From Patescibacteria group bacterium (GTDB lineage: Bacteria; Patescibacteriota; Patescibacteriia; Patescibacteriales; UBA12465): a stretch of DNA of 64,000 nt. The notes under the pieces were generated by a model. The model did no database searches, was not told the origin of the DNA, and saw only the letters and a program-made list of their open reading frames with translations. Shown here in pieces: positions 27,481-39,161 of this stretch (the first letter of the stretch is position 1; every line of letters begins with the position of its first letter). The DNA lies in NCBI GenBank assembly GCA_034002925.1, contig JAVEZP010000001.1:66523-130522 (forward strand), in the 5' to 3' direction. Position numbers and translations under genes: made by a program.

Positions 27481-28590
27481 TTATTTCGGCCTCTCTATTT
27501 GCAAAGGAGTAATAGCGCTTTCACCGCCGCTAATTTTAATAACATCTTTATCAATTTTTTTAAATTCATGATAGGCAGCGTTATAGTGATTAACCGTAGT
27601 TGATAAACTACCTCCTAATTTCTTTAAAAAATCATCATAACTTAAGATATGGCGACCTAATTTCTCAATATTCTTTTTTATCTCTTTAGCGCTTTCTTCA
27701 ATTTGCATAGCCTTTAAACCTTGAAGAACTGTTTGCAGATAAGCCAAGAAAGAAGTAGGAGACACAATAATTACTTTTTTTTCACGAAAAGCATATTCAA
27801 TTAAATCACGAGTATTTACTTTCACATTACCCACTGTATTAACCAATAAATCATAATAAATTGCCTCAGAAGGAATGAACATAAAAGCAAACTCTAAAGT
27901 ACCCATCTCTGGTAAAACATATTTAGAGGTCTCATCAATACGATTTTTTAAATCCTGCTTAAATTGAGCTTCAATTTTTTTTCTTGCCTCTGGCTCACTG
28001 GTGTTAAGTAGACGCTCATAATTCTCTAAAGAGAATTTAGCATCAATAGGGATTAATTTATCTTTCACAAAAACCACCGCATCAACAATTAACTCTTTGC
28101 CTGTTTTTTCATTTTTGCCCAAAGAATATTGTAACTCATATGATTTCGGTGGCAAAACATTCTTTAGCGTCTCTTCTAAATAATATTCACCTAACACCCC
28201 TCTTTGTTTAGGGTTTTTTAAAATATCCTGTAAACTCTGTAACTGCGAAGAAAAATTTACCACCTGTTTATTGGTCTCATCCAGCTTAGCCAAGCGCTCG
28301 GTCACGTCAGCAATTAATTTGGCCGACTGATTACTAATGTCTTGCATTACTTTCGTAGTCTGAGCAAATTGACCCTGGTTAGCCTGATGTGTCTGATTCA
28401 ATTTCCGATCCAATTCCTGTCTTAATTCTGAATTTTGAGCAGATAATTGAGATAGTTTTTCTGATTGTTGCGCCAATACCAACAGAGACTGAGTGTCACT
28501 GTTGCTATTTTTTTGCTTTAATAATAAATAAATTACGCTAATTAAAGCAAAAAAAATGAGTAAGGCTAAAATAATTAATATTGTATCCAT
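27481..28590 (-). CDS. rmuC: DNA recombination protein RmuC
   Basis: N-terminal TM, long coiled-coil, conserved C-terminal block (FAFMFIPSEAIYYDLL...IIVSPTSFLAYL) typical of the RmuC family. Confidence 0.8.
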   Translation of the reverse strand: MDTILIILALLIFFALISVIYLLLKQKNSNSDTQSLLVLAQQSEKLSQLSAQNSELRQELDRKLNQTHQANQGQFAQTTKVMQDISNQSAKLIADVTERLAKLDETNKQVVNFSSQLQSLQDILKNPKQRGVLGEYYLEETLKNVLPPKSYELQYSLGKNEKTGKELIVDAVVFVKDKLIPIDAKFSLENYERLLNTSEPEARKKIEAQFKQDLKNRIDETSKYVLPEMGTLEFAFMFIPSEAIYYDLLVNTVGNVKVNTRDLIEYAFREKKVIIVSPTSFLAYLQTVLQGLKAMQIEESAKEIKKNIEKLGRHILSYDDFLKKLGGSLSTTVNHYNAAYHEFKKIDKDVIKISGGESAITPLQIERPK

Positions 28591-28629
28591 ATAATTTCAT
28601 TATAAAGTAATTTAAGGATAAATAATATA

Positions 28630-28658
28630 TTGACTTTTTTCAAATAATATGATATATT
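28630..28658 (+). promoter_or_regulatory. Sigma70-like promoter, TTGACT-N17-TATATT with TG extension, upstream of the 28702 gene
   Basis: ttgact at 28630-28635, 17-nt spacer, tatatt at 28653-28658, preceded by tga. Confidence 0.45.
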
Positions 28659-28701
28659 AACTAGTTAAAATAATCGTTCTTCACAATTTAAAACTCTAGT
28701 A

Positions 28702-29274
28702 ATGAAAGAAATAATCTCTATTATCGCTGGACTTTTCTTTGTTATTGGCTATATCCCTTACATAATAGCTATTTTAAGAAAGAAAACAAAACCCGCTAAA
28801 GCCTCTTGGATTATCTGGGGAACTTTAGATACAATTGTTATTGCTGGAATGATTGCCTCTGATTCTCTTAACGGCCAAATGATAGGAGCAGTTATTGGAG
28901 TTTGGGTAGTTATTATACTATCTCTAAAATATGGCGCTCCTGGTTGGACAAAACTAGATAAACTATGTTTAATTGGAGCAGCCATTGGCATCTTCCTGTG
29001 GCAAATATTTGATAATCCTATCTTAGGGATATTAATTAGCTTAGGAATAACAAGTATAGGATCTATACCTACTTTTATCTCCGCTTGGCGAAACCCAGAA
29101 CGTGAAAACAAATTAGGCTGGACATTTTTTTGGACATCTTGCATCTTTGCTTTATTTGCTATTCCAAAATGGACCCTAGCTAATGCCGCTCAGCCAATTA
29201 TATTTTTTATCATTGAGTCAATTATGATGTATATTTTATATCGAAATATCTTTCATATAAAGGCAAAAAATTAA
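28702..29274 (+). CDS. Polytopic membrane protein (5-6 TM), hypothetical
   Basis: 190 aa of hydrophobic helices, no recognisable motif. Confidence 0.5.
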   Translation: MKEIISIIAGLFFVIGYIPYIIAILRKKTKPAKASWIIWGTLDTIVIAGMIASDSLNGQMIGAVIGVWVVIILSLKYGAPGWTKLDKLCLIGAAIGIFLWQIFDNPILGILISLGITSIGSIPTFISAWRNPERENKLGWTFFWTSCIFALFAIPKWTLANAAQPIIFFIIESIMMYILYRNIFHIKAKN

Positions 29275-29285
29275 AAAACTTTCAA

Positions 29286-29350
29286 GCCCTATTTTTAAAT
29301 GATAGGGTTTTTTCTTTAGTAAAAACCGTCCTTAAACAGACGGTTTTTTT
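29286..29350. terminator. Two tandem hairpin terminators between convergent genes, bidirectional
   Basis: ccctat-ttttaaatg-ataggg + T-run at 29286-29316. aaccgtc-cttaaacag-acggtt + T-run at 29324-29350. A-runs on the 5' sides serve the minus strand (gyrA). Confidence 0.65.
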
Positions 29351-29390
29351 CTTTACTAAATGTTTTGTCTTTAGTCTTTAATTAAAGCAA

Positions 29391-31922
29391 CTAGATCCAG
29401 GTAACACTAGCCACCTTATCTTCTCCTGCTTTAAAGCGCATAATTCTTACTCCTTGAGTATCTCGTCCTAACACACTCACTGCTTTAAAAGGAGTTCTAA
29501 TCACTTGACCATATTCGGAGATAATAATTAAATCTCTACTTTCCATAGAATCAGAGTTAACTAAGAAAGCATTAGTTATTTCACCAGTCTTATCTGTCAC
29601 TTTAGCTGTTTTAATACCACTGCCACCGCGACCTTGAACTTTATAGACAGATAAATCGGTCCTCTTGCCATAGCCTTTTGACATGATGGTTAAGATTTGA
29701 TAGTTACGCTTTTTGTCTTTATCAGTTTTAGCGACACCCATACCTACCACTAAGTCTTGCTTGTGTAAACGAATACCATTAACACCAGAGGCATTACGAC
29801 CCATCGCCCTTACATCTGTCTCTTTAAAACGAATAGCCTGTCCATGAGCACTGATCAATTGAATATGATCAGAGCCAGAAGTAGGTTTAGCCCAAATTAA
29901 ACGATCTTCATCTCTAATTTTAATAGCAATTAAACCACTTCTTCTGACATTGCTAAAGGCTGATAATTCTACTTTTTTCACTAAACCTTTCTCTGTCGCA
30001 AAGAAAAGATATTTACTACCAAAAATCTTATCTAAAGGCAAAACCGAAGTAACTTGCTCGCCACTAGTCAGTTGTAAAAAATTAACAATCGAGTTGCCCT
30101 TAGCAATACGAGAAGCTTGAGGAATTTCATGCGCCTTTAATTGAAAAACCCGTCCACGAGTGGTGAAGAATAAAATATCACTATGGGTAAAGGTGGTAAA
30201 CATAAATTCAACTGTATCCTCTTCTTTAGTGGATAAACCAATCACCCCTTTACCGCCTCTAGCTTGTACTTTAAAAGTATCTGGTTCTAAACGCTTAATA
30301 TAGCCATCTCGGGTCATCATCACCATCGTTTCTTCATTAGGCACCAAATCTTCTAAACTAAAATCTTTAACTCCATGAGCTACCACTGATGTTCTTCTAG
30401 GATTATCAAACTTTTCCGTGGCCACTTGTAACTCTTCTTTAATAATTGATCGAATTTTTGCTACTGATTTCAAAATAGCTTCTAATTCTTTAATTAACTT
30501 TTGTTTTTCAGCCCATTCTTGTTCAATCTTCAAGCGCTCCAGATTGGCCAAACTTTGCAACCTCATTTCTAAAATTGCTACTGCTTGACGTTCTGATAAT
30601 TTAAATTTTTTAATCAAATTCACCTTCGCAATCTCTTTATCCTTAGAAGCTTTAATGACTTTAATTACTTCATCAATATTTTTTAAAGCAATAAGCAAAC
30701 CTTCTAAAATATGAGCTCTGTCTTTAGCTTTATCAAGTTCAAACTGAGTGCGTCGACGCACGACCTCTTCACGATGTTTAATATATTCTTCTAAAATCAT
30801 CTTTAGAGTCAAAACTTTTGGTTGAATACCATCAACCAAAGCCAACATATTTACATGAAAAGTAGTTTGCAAGGTAGTATGCTTATATAAAGCATTTAAA
30901 ATCTTTTTAGGATAGGAGTCTTTTTTCAACTCAGCCACAATTCTCACCCCATCTTTATCAGATTCATCTCGCAAAGCTTTAATGCCATCTAGTTTCTTTT
31001 CTTTCACTAGATTAGCAATCTTTTCTACCAAATCCGCCTTATTAACCTGATAAGGAATTTCCGTAATAACAATCTGGAAAGAACCACCTTTCTGCTCTTC
31101 AATTTCTGCTTTGCCTCGTAACACAATGCCGCCTTTGCCGGTTGCATAAGCTGTTAAAATATCTTTATTATTATAAATAATACCCCCTGTTGGAAAATCT
31201 GGGCCTTTTACAAATTGCATTAAATCTTCAATACTAGCCTCAGGATTTTCTAATAAATGATTAATAGCTTGTGATAATTCACCTAAATTATGAGGAGGAA
31301 TATTGGTAGACATGCCAACCGCAATACCCATGGCACCATTAAGTAATAAAGCTGGTAATTTAGCCGGTAAAACAGCTGGTTCTTTATGAGAACCATCATA
31401 ATTAGGAATAAAATTAACTGTATTTTTATCAATATCAAACATCATCTCTTCGGCAATTCCAGCCAATTTTGCCTCAGTATAACGCATAGCGGCCGCACTA
31501 TCCCCATCCATAGAACCAAAATTACCCTGACCACGAACAAAAGGGTAGCGCATAGAAAAATCCTGAGCCATTCTCACCATTGATTCATAAACAGCGCTAT
31601 CACCGTGAGGATGATACTTACCCAAAACTTCACCCACTACCGTAGCTGATTTACGAAATTTAGCATTTGCCTTTAAACCAATGCTCCACATCGCATATAA
31701 AATACGACGATGCACAGGCTTTAAACCATCTCTAACATCTGGCAAAGCTCGTGATACAATCACACTCATGGCATATTCCAGATAAGATCGGCTCATCTCT
31801 TCTACTAACGGTTGATCTTGAACTACGCCAAAATTAGTATGAGATTGGCCTTCCAATAAAACTTTTTCTTCTTGTGGATTATTTTCTTCACTTGTGTTTT
31901 TTTTAGTCATATCAATAAGCAA
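29391..31922 (-). CDS. gyrA: DNA gyrase subunit A
   Basis: [21 protein letters not shown], active-site Tyr region, GyrA-box-like QARGGKG in the C-terminal beta-pinwheel. 843 aa. Confidence 0.9.
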   Translation of the reverse strand: MLIDMTKKNTSEENNPQEEKVLLEGQSHTNFGVVQDQPLVEEMSRSYLEYAMSVIVSRALPDVRDGLKPVHRRILYAMWSIGLKANAKFRKSATVVGEVLGKYHPHGDSAVYESMVRMAQDFSMRYPFVRGQGNFGSMDGDSAAAMRYTEAKLAGIAEEMMFDIDKNTVNFIPNYDGSHKEPAVLPAKLPALLLNGAMGIAVGMSTNIPPHNLGELSQAINHLLENPEASIEDLMQFVKGPDFPTGGIIYNNKDILTAYATGKGGIVLRGKAEIEEQKGGSFQIVITEIPYQVNKADLVEKIANLVKEKKLDGIKALRDESDKDGVRIVAELKKDSYPKKILNALYKHTTLQTTFHVNMLALVDGIQPKVLTLKMILEEYIKHREEVVRRRTQFELDKAKDRAHILEGLLIALKNIDEVIKVIKASKDKEIAKVNLIKKFKLSERQAVAILEMRLQSLANLERLKIEQEWAEKQKLIKELEAILKSVAKIRSIIKEELQVATEKFDNPRRTSVVAHGVKDFSLEDLVPNEETMVMMTRDGYIKRLEPDTFKVQARGGKGVIGLSTKEEDTVEFMFTTFTHSDILFFTTRGRVFQLKAHEIPQASRIAKGNSIVNFLQLTSGEQVTSVLPLDKIFGSKYLFFATEKGLVKKVELSAFSNVRRSGLIAIKIRDEDRLIWAKPTSGSDHIQLISAHGQAIRFKETDVRAMGRNASGVNGIRLHKQDLVVGMGVAKTDKDKKRNYQILTIMSKGYGKRTDLSVYKVQGRGGSGIKTAKVTDKTGEITNAFLVNSDSMESRDLIIISEYGQVIRTPFKAVSVLGRDTQGVRIMRFKAGEDKVASVTWI

Positions 31923-32415
31923 TTTGCGTTATATTTTCACAACCAGGTGGAATGACACATGGTTTAGCTTCGCCGATCATTGGCATACAATTAACATAGG
32001 CTGGGCATGGAGCATTCAAACGAGACTCTAACTCTAGCAACATCTCTGAGCCTAGCCTTTCTTCAGCCGTTAACTCTGCTGAATCTGACGCTTCTGGAAT
32101 GTTCGCTAGTTCAGCTAAATTAGCAGACATTGTTTGCAAAAAAACTTTTTCTTCAGTTTTTATTTGTATATCTTCTACTTGAGAATCTTTTAAATTAGCC
32201 TTCAAAGCATTCATACTCTCATTTAAATCTTCTTGCCAAACTGCAGTTTGATTATTATCTTCTACAATCAAATCATTTAAATTAGCAGAAACAGAAAAGC
32301 GTAAACTAAATAGCCACAAAGCTGCAATTAAAACTGAAAAAAGACCAACTCCGATTTTTAAATAAAATCTTTTTCTCTGCTCATCAACTTGATTTTGTTG
32401 AAAAGATTCAGACAT
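31912..32415 (-). CDS. Membrane-anchored hypothetical protein with a C-terminal Cys-rich tail
   Basis: One TM helix ([18 protein letters not shown]). C-terminal [23 protein letters not shown]. Confidence 0.4.
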   Translation of the reverse strand: MSESFQQNQVDEQRKRFYLKIGVGLFSVLIAALWLFSLRFSVSANLNDLIVEDNNQTAVWQEDLNESMNALKANLKDSQVEDIQIKTEEKVFLQTMSANLAELANIPEASDSAELTAEERLGSEMLLELESRLNAPCPAYVNCMPMIGEAKPCVIPPGCENITQIAY

Positions 32416-32421
32416 AATAAT

Positions 32422-33024
32422 TTATTCTTTGGTGCCATCTAAATTTACATCGTATAAAATAGTTTCAGCCACTAAACGATAACTCATGATTTCTTCTTCT
32501 TTAAACCAGAGAGCTATTTCTCTTTTTGCTTCCTCTACCTCATCGGAACAATGCACTAAATTTCTAACCGCTCTTTCATCACGATTAGCTAGTTCATAAG
32601 AGTCTAAAGTAAGATCACCACGAATAGTGCCCACATCAGAAGTGGTAGGCTCAGTACCCCCAACAATCTTTTTAACTACTCCCACGGCTTGATTACCTTC
32701 CCAAATCATCTGTACTACTGGCCCACAAGACATAAAGTTTACTAGAGCGCGGATAATATCTTTACCATATTCCATCGCTTCTTTTTCAATCGGCATGCCC
32801 ATGTCTTGGCGATTTTTTATAGTAATTTCTCCTTTTTTCTGGAACCAAGCTTCATCTTTATTATAATGCTTCCATAATGTCTCTTCTTGGGCAAGGTTAA
32901 ATTTCATAGCCACTAATTTTAAACCAGCCGATTCAAAACGTTTAATTGTTTCACCAATTAAGCCTCTTTGGATAGTATCAGGTTTTAAAATCACAAAAGT
33001 TCTTTCTTTCTTTGGATGTTGCAT
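32422..33024 (-). CDS. ndk: Nucleoside diphosphate kinase with a ~35-aa internal insertion and a C-terminal extension
   Basis: ERTFVILKPD, GTIRGD, NLVHCSD (active-site His) motifs. 200 aa against a typical ~140. Confidence 0.8.
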   Translation of the reverse strand: MQHPKKERTFVILKPDTIQRGLIGETIKRFESAGLKLVAMKFNLAQEETLWKHYNKDEAWFQKKGEITIKNRQDMGMPIEKEAMEYGKDIIRALVNFMSCGPVVQMIWEGNQAVGVVKKIVGGTEPTTSDVGTIRGDLTLDSYELANRDERAVRNLVHCSDEVEEAKREIALWFKEEEIMSYRLVAETILYDVNLDGTKE

Positions 33025-33048
33025 ATAAAAATAATTTAATTAAATAGA

Positions 33049-33696
33049 TTAATATTTCAAAATTACTAACTCCATATCTTCGCTAGGCAGGTCTTTCTTG
33101 CTAATTTTTAACTTTTCTTCATAAGTGGGAGTGATGCCCATTTCTTTAATAAATTTATCCACTCCATCAATATCCTCAATTTTTAAATCATCCGTTTTAT
33201 AATGCATAGGAATAACTATTCTTGGTTCAATTTGAGAAATTACTTCTACCGCCTGTTTAGCATTTAAAGTATATTTACCGCCAACTGGAATTAGAAGAAT
33301 ATCAGTTCCAGCTAATTTTTCTAACTGCGAACTATCTAAAATAGTACCTAAATCACCTAAATGCACTACTGAAATATCATCAATCTCAAAACGAAAAATA
33401 ATATTTTTACCTCTTTCTCCCCCCTCTTTATCATCATGCCAAGAATCAACTCCCTCAATTAAAACATTTTTAATATCATATTCACCAGCACAATCAATTA
33501 CAAAAGGATTGGCCCGTAAAGCTGCTATATTGTTATGATCATAATGATCATGAGAAACAGTCACAATGTCAGCTTCAAAATTAGGCACTTTTAAACCAAT
33601 TTCTTTATTAAAAGGGTCAGTCACTAAAGTAACTCCATCTGGCCCAATTTTATCTTGTAATTTAAAACAAGAATGTCCTTGCCAAGTAATAATCAT
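33049..33696 (-). CDS. Metallo-beta-lactamase-fold hydrolase
   Basis: VSHDHYDHNN (HxHxDH) and downstream His/Asp ligands. Confidence 0.75.
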   Translation of the reverse strand: MIITWQGHSCFKLQDKIGPDGVTLVTDPFNKEIGLKVPNFEADIVTVSHDHYDHNNIAALRANPFVIDCAGEYDIKNVLIEGVDSWHDDKEGGERGKNIIFRFEIDDISVVHLGDLGTILDSSQLEKLAGTDILLIPVGGKYTLNAKQAVEVISQIEPRIVIPMHYKTDDLKIEDIDGVDKFIKEMGITPTYEEKLKISKKDLPSEDMELVILKY

Positions 33697-33872
33697 AATT
33701 TTAAAAAGCCATTCTGGGCTCTTTTATTATATCTATATAACAACAAAAAAGGTCCTCCAACCTTGTTTTTATTATATCAAAGAGAATGCTCGCGGTCAAT
33801 TTTATCATCTTTAGCCTATAAAAAACCCGCTATTTGTTAAAAAACAAATAACGGGTAAGCATAACTTAAGAA

Positions 33873-34841
33873 CTAATGACCGACACCGAATATGTCGTCA
33901 AATGATTTAATTCGGATTATTCGGCTATCTGGGACATAATTCCAAACAGTCATTCGACGTAGATTATTTTCATCATTAAAATGCCACGTAACTTTACAAG
34001 CATCTTCATACTTATAAGCTTTAGACATGCGACCAGGACGCAATGGCTTAGACACAGGCATAGAAAATAAGGTAATATCATCCCCAACATTCTTAAAGCG
34101 TACTTTCATATTTGGCAATAAAGAAGCAAAATCGAAAAATTGACTATTATCAATCTCGATTATTTGGTTTGGATCAGTGACCATAAAAATCAATGATTGT
34201 TGTGCTAGAAAAAAAGACTGAGCGGCGCCATCTGCTCCATAGATAATCTCTTTATATATCACATTTAATTCCAAGATTCCCGGACTAACATCTTCAATGG
34301 ATATTAAAGTATCATTTTCTCCAACAACAGCGCCAGTAAAGGCACTACCGACAAACATCAAGTCACCTTTTTTTGATTTGTTAATCACCTGAACTGGAAA
34401 CTTCTCTATTGCAGTGCTTAGTTTTTTAATAATATTGACTTCACCTACTTTTGGGCTATAGTCACCCTGATCAGCACTGTTTTGGTTAGGCTTTTGAGTC
34501 TGTGCTTTATTGGTCTGTTTCGTAGCAGACGCTTGAACTACCGCTGCTTTAGGAGCCTCGGGCAGAAAAAGTTGCCCATTACTCACCTTTACATTATTGG
34601 CGATTTTTTCCACGAATCGCCGTCCTTCTTTATAGCGTACTCTGATGCTCACATTACCGCTCTTGGGTAAATACGGAATGATTTTAGATTCGCCCTGTTT
34701 AATCAGGGTGGGGCCTCCTTTGCCGTCGACAGAGATTTCGATATCCTGCCTAAAACCATGGCTAACCGTGGTCTGGGCCAGTAAGATGGTAGGGGCAATA
34801 AAAATTGCCACAAAAAAAATAAAACCTTTTACGTTTCTCAT
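33873..34841 (-). CDS. Secreted hypothetical protein
   Basis: Signal peptide MRNVKGFIFFVAIFIAPTILLAQT. No recognisable domain. Confidence 0.5.
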   Translation of the reverse strand: MRNVKGFIFFVAIFIAPTILLAQTTVSHGFRQDIEISVDGKGGPTLIKQGESKIIPYLPKSGNVSIRVRYKEGRRFVEKIANNVKVSNGQLFLPEAPKAAVVQASATKQTNKAQTQKPNQNSADQGDYSPKVGEVNIIKKLSTAIEKFPVQVINKSKKGDLMFVGSAFTGAVVGENDTLISIEDVSPGILELNVIYKEIIYGADGAAQSFFLAQQSLIFMVTDPNQIIEIDNSQFFDFASLLPNMKVRFKNVGDDITLFSMPVSKPLRPGRMSKAYKYEDACKVTWHFNDENNLRRMTVWNYVPDSRIIRIKSFDDIFGVGH

Positions 34842-35029
34842 GATATTTGATTTTTGTTAATGTTCAGTTTATTATTCTTTACAAAAAAGAATCTTTTTAT
34901 AATATCATATTTTTAATATTGTGTCAATAATAACAAGGCTAAAAACATTTACAACAAATTTTAACTAATATTAAATTAAAAAGAGCTTAAATATATATTT
35001 AAGCTCTTTTAAATATTTTAATTCTTGAA

Positions 35030-38000
35030 TTATTTTAATTCTTTTGTCACATTCGCCAATTTAGATTCATATTGACTTTGTAATTTTTCAATCATTTCTA
35101 AGCTCTGCTCAGGACTCGCTACCGCCGTCGTGCCATCACTCATATCAACAATAGTGACCAATTGTTTTTCATAATCAATGTCAGCTATAAATACAGACTC
35201 GGGCTTCATGCTAGCTGCTAATTCTGCTTCTTTAGCTAAGCTATTTATATCATCAAACACATATAATTTATTACTAATATATTTTAAATCACTAGCACTC
35301 TGCAGATTGTTAGCTTCATAGGTTTTTTGATTAATTACCATTCTATCTAAAAAGCCATCACCATCTTTATCAAAAAATGATTTTTCGCCACCATTATCTG
35401 ACAAAACAGAAAATCCTTTTTCGGAGGTCATAAAGCGCATATCTCCTTTAAAGTCCATTTGATAAAATCTCGCCCCTCTCTCAATTCTTTCTACTTTATT
35501 ATCAAATTTTTTCACAAAGTCAGTAATTTTTGTTAAATAATTTTTACTTTGTTCATTTTTGTTACCTATTATTTCGCTAGATACTGAAACATCAGAAATA
35601 GCATCCTGAGCATCTACTTCCGGCTCTATTATCGGCTCCTGTAAAACAAAAATATTTTCCCCTTCTAAGCCTGTACTATTTAAGGTAAAATCTAAAACTT
35701 CATTATTTTCTTTTAAGACCACTTGATAGCCATCATCTATTACATTTATTTGAGCAATATTATTAAGATCAATATTTGCTAAATTAATTTTATCTACCGT
35801 GCCTTTAGTTAATTTATCTGCAATCAAAAAATTATCTTCTAATTTCCAATTTAAATTCTTAAAAGCATTATTTTCATACAGGCCTTTAAACCAAGGATAG
35901 CTATTAATATCAGCTTGAACTTTAGCATCTATGGTTGGCGCGCTAGCATTAATATGTTCTGCAGTAATATTATCTTGAGCCTCTTTTGCAATAAATTGTT
36001 TATTTTCTAAATTTGTATCTAATGACTCAGTATTTAAACCATTGTCTGTTATAAATTCGCTATTAGACTCTAAATTGAATTTCTCCACTAAGAAATTTTG
36101 AACATCAATTACCGGATTTCCTTTTTCATCAGCTAAAAAACCAGAAATTTCTTCTCCAGCGTCATTAAAAAAGAAATATTGCTCATTGATAGGATCAATA
36201 AATATATCCTCTCCCCCAATCACTGTTTTAACAATATTGTCTCCTACGTAAGTTATTTCTTCTGCCTCTAAAGAAAATTTATCTCCAACCATGGCTAACC
36301 ATTTGTTAAGTGCTACTGGTGAAGCCTCAAGTGATTTAGCATTAGGAATGATAATATCATTAACTACTTGCTCAGAACTAGGACTCGGTTGAAGCACTTC
36401 TTCTGTGAGCACTGAATTTGGAATTGATTCAATTTCAGGTAAAGGATCAAGACGCTCAGTAGTAAGCGCCACCTTTGGCTCTAAACCAGTACCTTGCTCC
36501 ACAGTAACTACAAACGAATCATTAACTTTTTCTAAGACCACTCGATTACCTTCAAATACCATATCTGTTAATTCACCACTATTAGCTAAAGCTTTATTTG
36601 TTTGAATTTCTGCCCATTTGTTCAAAGCATCTTCGTTACCTTCATAACCTAAACTTTCGGCATTACGTAAAAATATTTCTTTAGTTGATCGCCACACTGA
36701 ATCATGTTGTCCTGATTTTAAACCTTCATTACTAATTACATCAGACCAAGAAGACTTTTCAATACTGGGCACTACATTATCTTCATCAAGTGTTGTCACG
36801 GGCTCAATTAACTCAGTACTAATGGTATCATTTATTATTTCTTGAGCCTCCGTTAATTCTGCTTCTGAACCAGATACAACACTCTCGGACACCACATTGT
36901 TCATAGCAACATCTTCTAGACCATCTTGAAATATATGAGAAGATGCGCCATAAGCGGCTGAACCTATGCTGGAAAAAATAGCCCCAGTAAAAGCTCCTTT
37001 TATCATCTGATTAACAATAAATTTTTTTCTTTTTTGATCTAATTTTTTATCTGCTTTATCTTCTAGATGATTTAACAATCTCATTGCTCTGGCTTGAGTC
37101 TCAATTAATGCAACCGAAGAACTATTTTCTAAGTCTGCATCCTCAGAAAAAACATTAAAACCCAAAAGACTCATTTGAGCCTGATTAAGCGTGTTGTAGA
37201 AAGCGATCATATTCTGGCTTCTATCGCTTATAACACCAAAATTAATTAAGCCATCATCAGCTAATCTCTTACTAAAATCTAAACGACGTTGTAAGACGGC
37301 TGATATCTTATTATGCTCTTCCCGTGTAGCAGTGTTATTTAATTGAGCTAAAAGATCTTCTAATTTACGAGTTAGATCTTCAGATTTTAAAGTCTTTCGT
37401 TCTACATTTTTTTGCTCTATTTTTTGCCATTGTAAATCTAATTCTTTAAATCTTTTTTGAGCAGATTCATATAACAACAAATCGTCTGGATGAGCAATAG
37501 TTGACCAATCTTCAAAGCTCATTCGCCCTGTTTTATTTTTAAATTGTTCATTATCAATCTCGCTATATAAAGGTAAAAAAGATTGCAAATCTTTCAAAGC
37601 AGCTTGCCTTTGAGTTAATAGTGGATGAGAAGCTAAATTTTTTTTATCAACAAATTTATCTTTTTCTTTTAATTGTTTATTGGCTCTTTCTTTTCCTCGC
37701 CAAGCACCAATCATAGCAGCAGTTAAAGGAATAGCCGCTGCTCCAGCCGCCACACCAAAAGTATTAATTGCTGCCATAGATAGACCCTGACGACCAGCAA
37801 AGCCACCAGCTAAAAATTTCCAATTATCTTTTGAGGCAACATACTTACCAGCCGCTTTAAAAATACTTTTAAAAATAGATTCTTTCTGTAATGTCTCGCT
37901 CCACTCTCGCTCTAAATTAGGATCAGCAGCAAAAAACTGCATCATATTTAATTTAGCATCAGCATTATATAAATATAAATCAATTTCTTTAGCATGCAAC

Positions 38001-39151
38001 TTATGACTATCTAAAAGAGTGCGCACGGCTATTTGTTTAGATTTATATTCTTCAAAAATTGTAGAATCTTTTGCATTTTTGGCCACAGCTCTATCTGATA
38101 ATATATTATGCTTAGGCACAGCTGCTAAATTCATTGCAGACGTATTAAAATCAACTAATACTTGCTTTTCTGCTTCATTTAATTGTAAATAAGATTCTAA
38201 ACCAGGCTGTAAAGCTAAGAAATCAATTTGTCTTTCCCCTTGTTCATTGATTTTTTCATCAGGAATAAAAGTTTGAGCCCAATTAACCATCTGTATAAGG
38301 TTAGCGCCATGTTTTTCTAAGCCTCCCTCAGCCTGAGCTAACAATGCTGTTCGATTTAAAGCTTTAGAGTTAAAGCTATTAGCAATGCCTTGTTTTAAAC
38401 GACCAAAAAAATCTTTATTCTGCATTTTCTGATTTTTTTGCATCATGACTTCATTTTTTGCACTTTCTGCAGCCATTGCCTGTAAACTTTTAGCAATCAT
38501 TAATTGAGCACTCTCTGACAAATCAACTAAACCCGGAATTGTCTCTAAGTCTGCTGCGCTTAAAGAAAGCTTTTCAAAGCTAGTTATTACTTGCTCTGAA
38601 TATAATTCTATTTTTTGTTTTTCTTCTAAGTTTTCGTTATCAATATTTTGTGATTTAATATCATCTATTACTGATGATTGATCAGTATTATCTTCACTTT
38701 TAAGCGCCTGCTCTACATTATTGCTAGTATCTTGCATGACTTTATCTCTATTCACATCAACTGCAGCTGCCTCTTTATTAAATTCTTCATTGATATTCAC
38801 GCCATTTAATTTAGCTGCTTGTTCTTCTTGAGCCATATCTTGAGCTACTATTTCATTCATTTGAGCTAACTTCATCTCAGCAAGATTTTTGGCTTCTTCG
38901 GGCTTACTCTCTAAAGACCTCGACACACCAGTTAATTTCTCTAGTAATTTAACATTAAAAGTAATATTAAACTTAGCTTTAAATTCTTGACGCAAACTTT
39001 GTTCCTCTTTGCCTTGCGCTTCTTTAATTCTTTTTTCCCATTCTAAAATTTCATCTAACTGTAATTTTAAAGACTCAAGATGTGCTTTAGAGCCTGATCT
39101 TATCGATTTATCTTTTTGTAAAGCAGGCGCTAACTGTTCTGTTGATTTCAT
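35030..39151 (-). CDS. Giant (1373 aa) coiled-coil-rich hypothetical protein with a central hydrophobic hairpin
   Basis: No signal peptide. Long Glu/Lys/Gln-rich predicted coiled-coil regions. One ~40-aa hydrophobic segment (FLAGGFAGRQGLSMAAINTFGVAAGAAAIPLTAAMIGAW). No recognisable catalytic motif. Confidence 0.55.
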   Translation of the reverse strand: MKSTEQLAPALQKDKSIRSGSKAHLESLKLQLDEILEWEKRIKEAQGKEEQSLRQEFKAKFNITFNVKLLEKLTGVSRSLESKPEEAKNLAEMKLAQMNEIVAQDMAQEEQAAKLNGVNINEEFNKEAAAVDVNRDKVMQDTSNNVEQALKSEDNTDQSSVIDDIKSQNIDNENLEEKQKIELYSEQVITSFEKLSLSAADLETIPGLVDLSESAQLMIAKSLQAMAAESAKNEVMMQKNQKMQNKDFFGRLKQGIANSFNSKALNRTALLAQAEGGLEKHGANLIQMVNWAQTFIPDEKINEQGERQIDFLALQPGLESYLQLNEAEKQVLVDFNTSAMNLAAVPKHNILSDRAVAKNAKDSTIFEEYKSKQIAVRTLLDSHKLHAKEIDLYLYNADAKLNMMQFFAADPNLEREWSETLQKESIFKSIFKAAGKYVASKDNWKFLAGGFAGRQGLSMAAINTFGVAAGAAAIPLTAAMIGAWRGKERANKQLKEKDKFVDKKNLASHPLLTQRQAALKDLQSFLPLYSEIDNEQFKNKTGRMSFEDWSTIAHPDDLLLYESAQKRFKELDLQWQKIEQKNVERKTLKSEDLTRKLEDLLAQLNNTATREEHNKISAVLQRRLDFSKRLADDGLINFGVISDRSQNMIAFYNTLNQAQMSLLGFNVFSEDADLENSSSVALIETQARAMRLLNHLEDKADKKLDQKRKKFIVNQMIKGAFTGAIFSSIGSAAYGASSHIFQDGLEDVAMNNVVSESVVSGSEAELTEAQEIINDTISTELIEPVTTLDEDNVVPSIEKSSWSDVISNEGLKSGQHDSVWRSTKEIFLRNAESLGYEGNEDALNKWAEIQTNKALANSGELTDMVFEGNRVVLEKVNDSFVVTVEQGTGLEPKVALTTERLDPLPEIESIPNSVLTEEVLQPSPSSEQVVNDIIIPNAKSLEASPVALNKWLAMVGDKFSLEAEEITYVGDNIVKTVIGGEDIFIDPINEQYFFFNDAGEEISGFLADEKGNPVIDVQNFLVEKFNLESNSEFITDNGLNTESLDTNLENKQFIAKEAQDNITAEHINASAPTIDAKVQADINSYPWFKGLYENNAFKNLNWKLEDNFLIADKLTKGTVDKINLANIDLNNIAQINVIDDGYQVVLKENNEVLDFTLNSTGLEGENIFVLQEPIIEPEVDAQDAISDVSVSSEIIGNKNEQSKNYLTKITDFVKKFDNKVERIERGARFYQMDFKGDMRFMTSEKGFSVLSDNGGEKSFFDKDGDGFLDRMVINQKTYEANNLQSASDLKYISNKLYVFDDINSLAKEAELAASMKPESVFIADIDYEKQLVTIVDMSDGTTAVASPEQSLEMIEKLQSQYESKLANVTKELK

Positions 39152-39161
39152 ATTATTTAAA

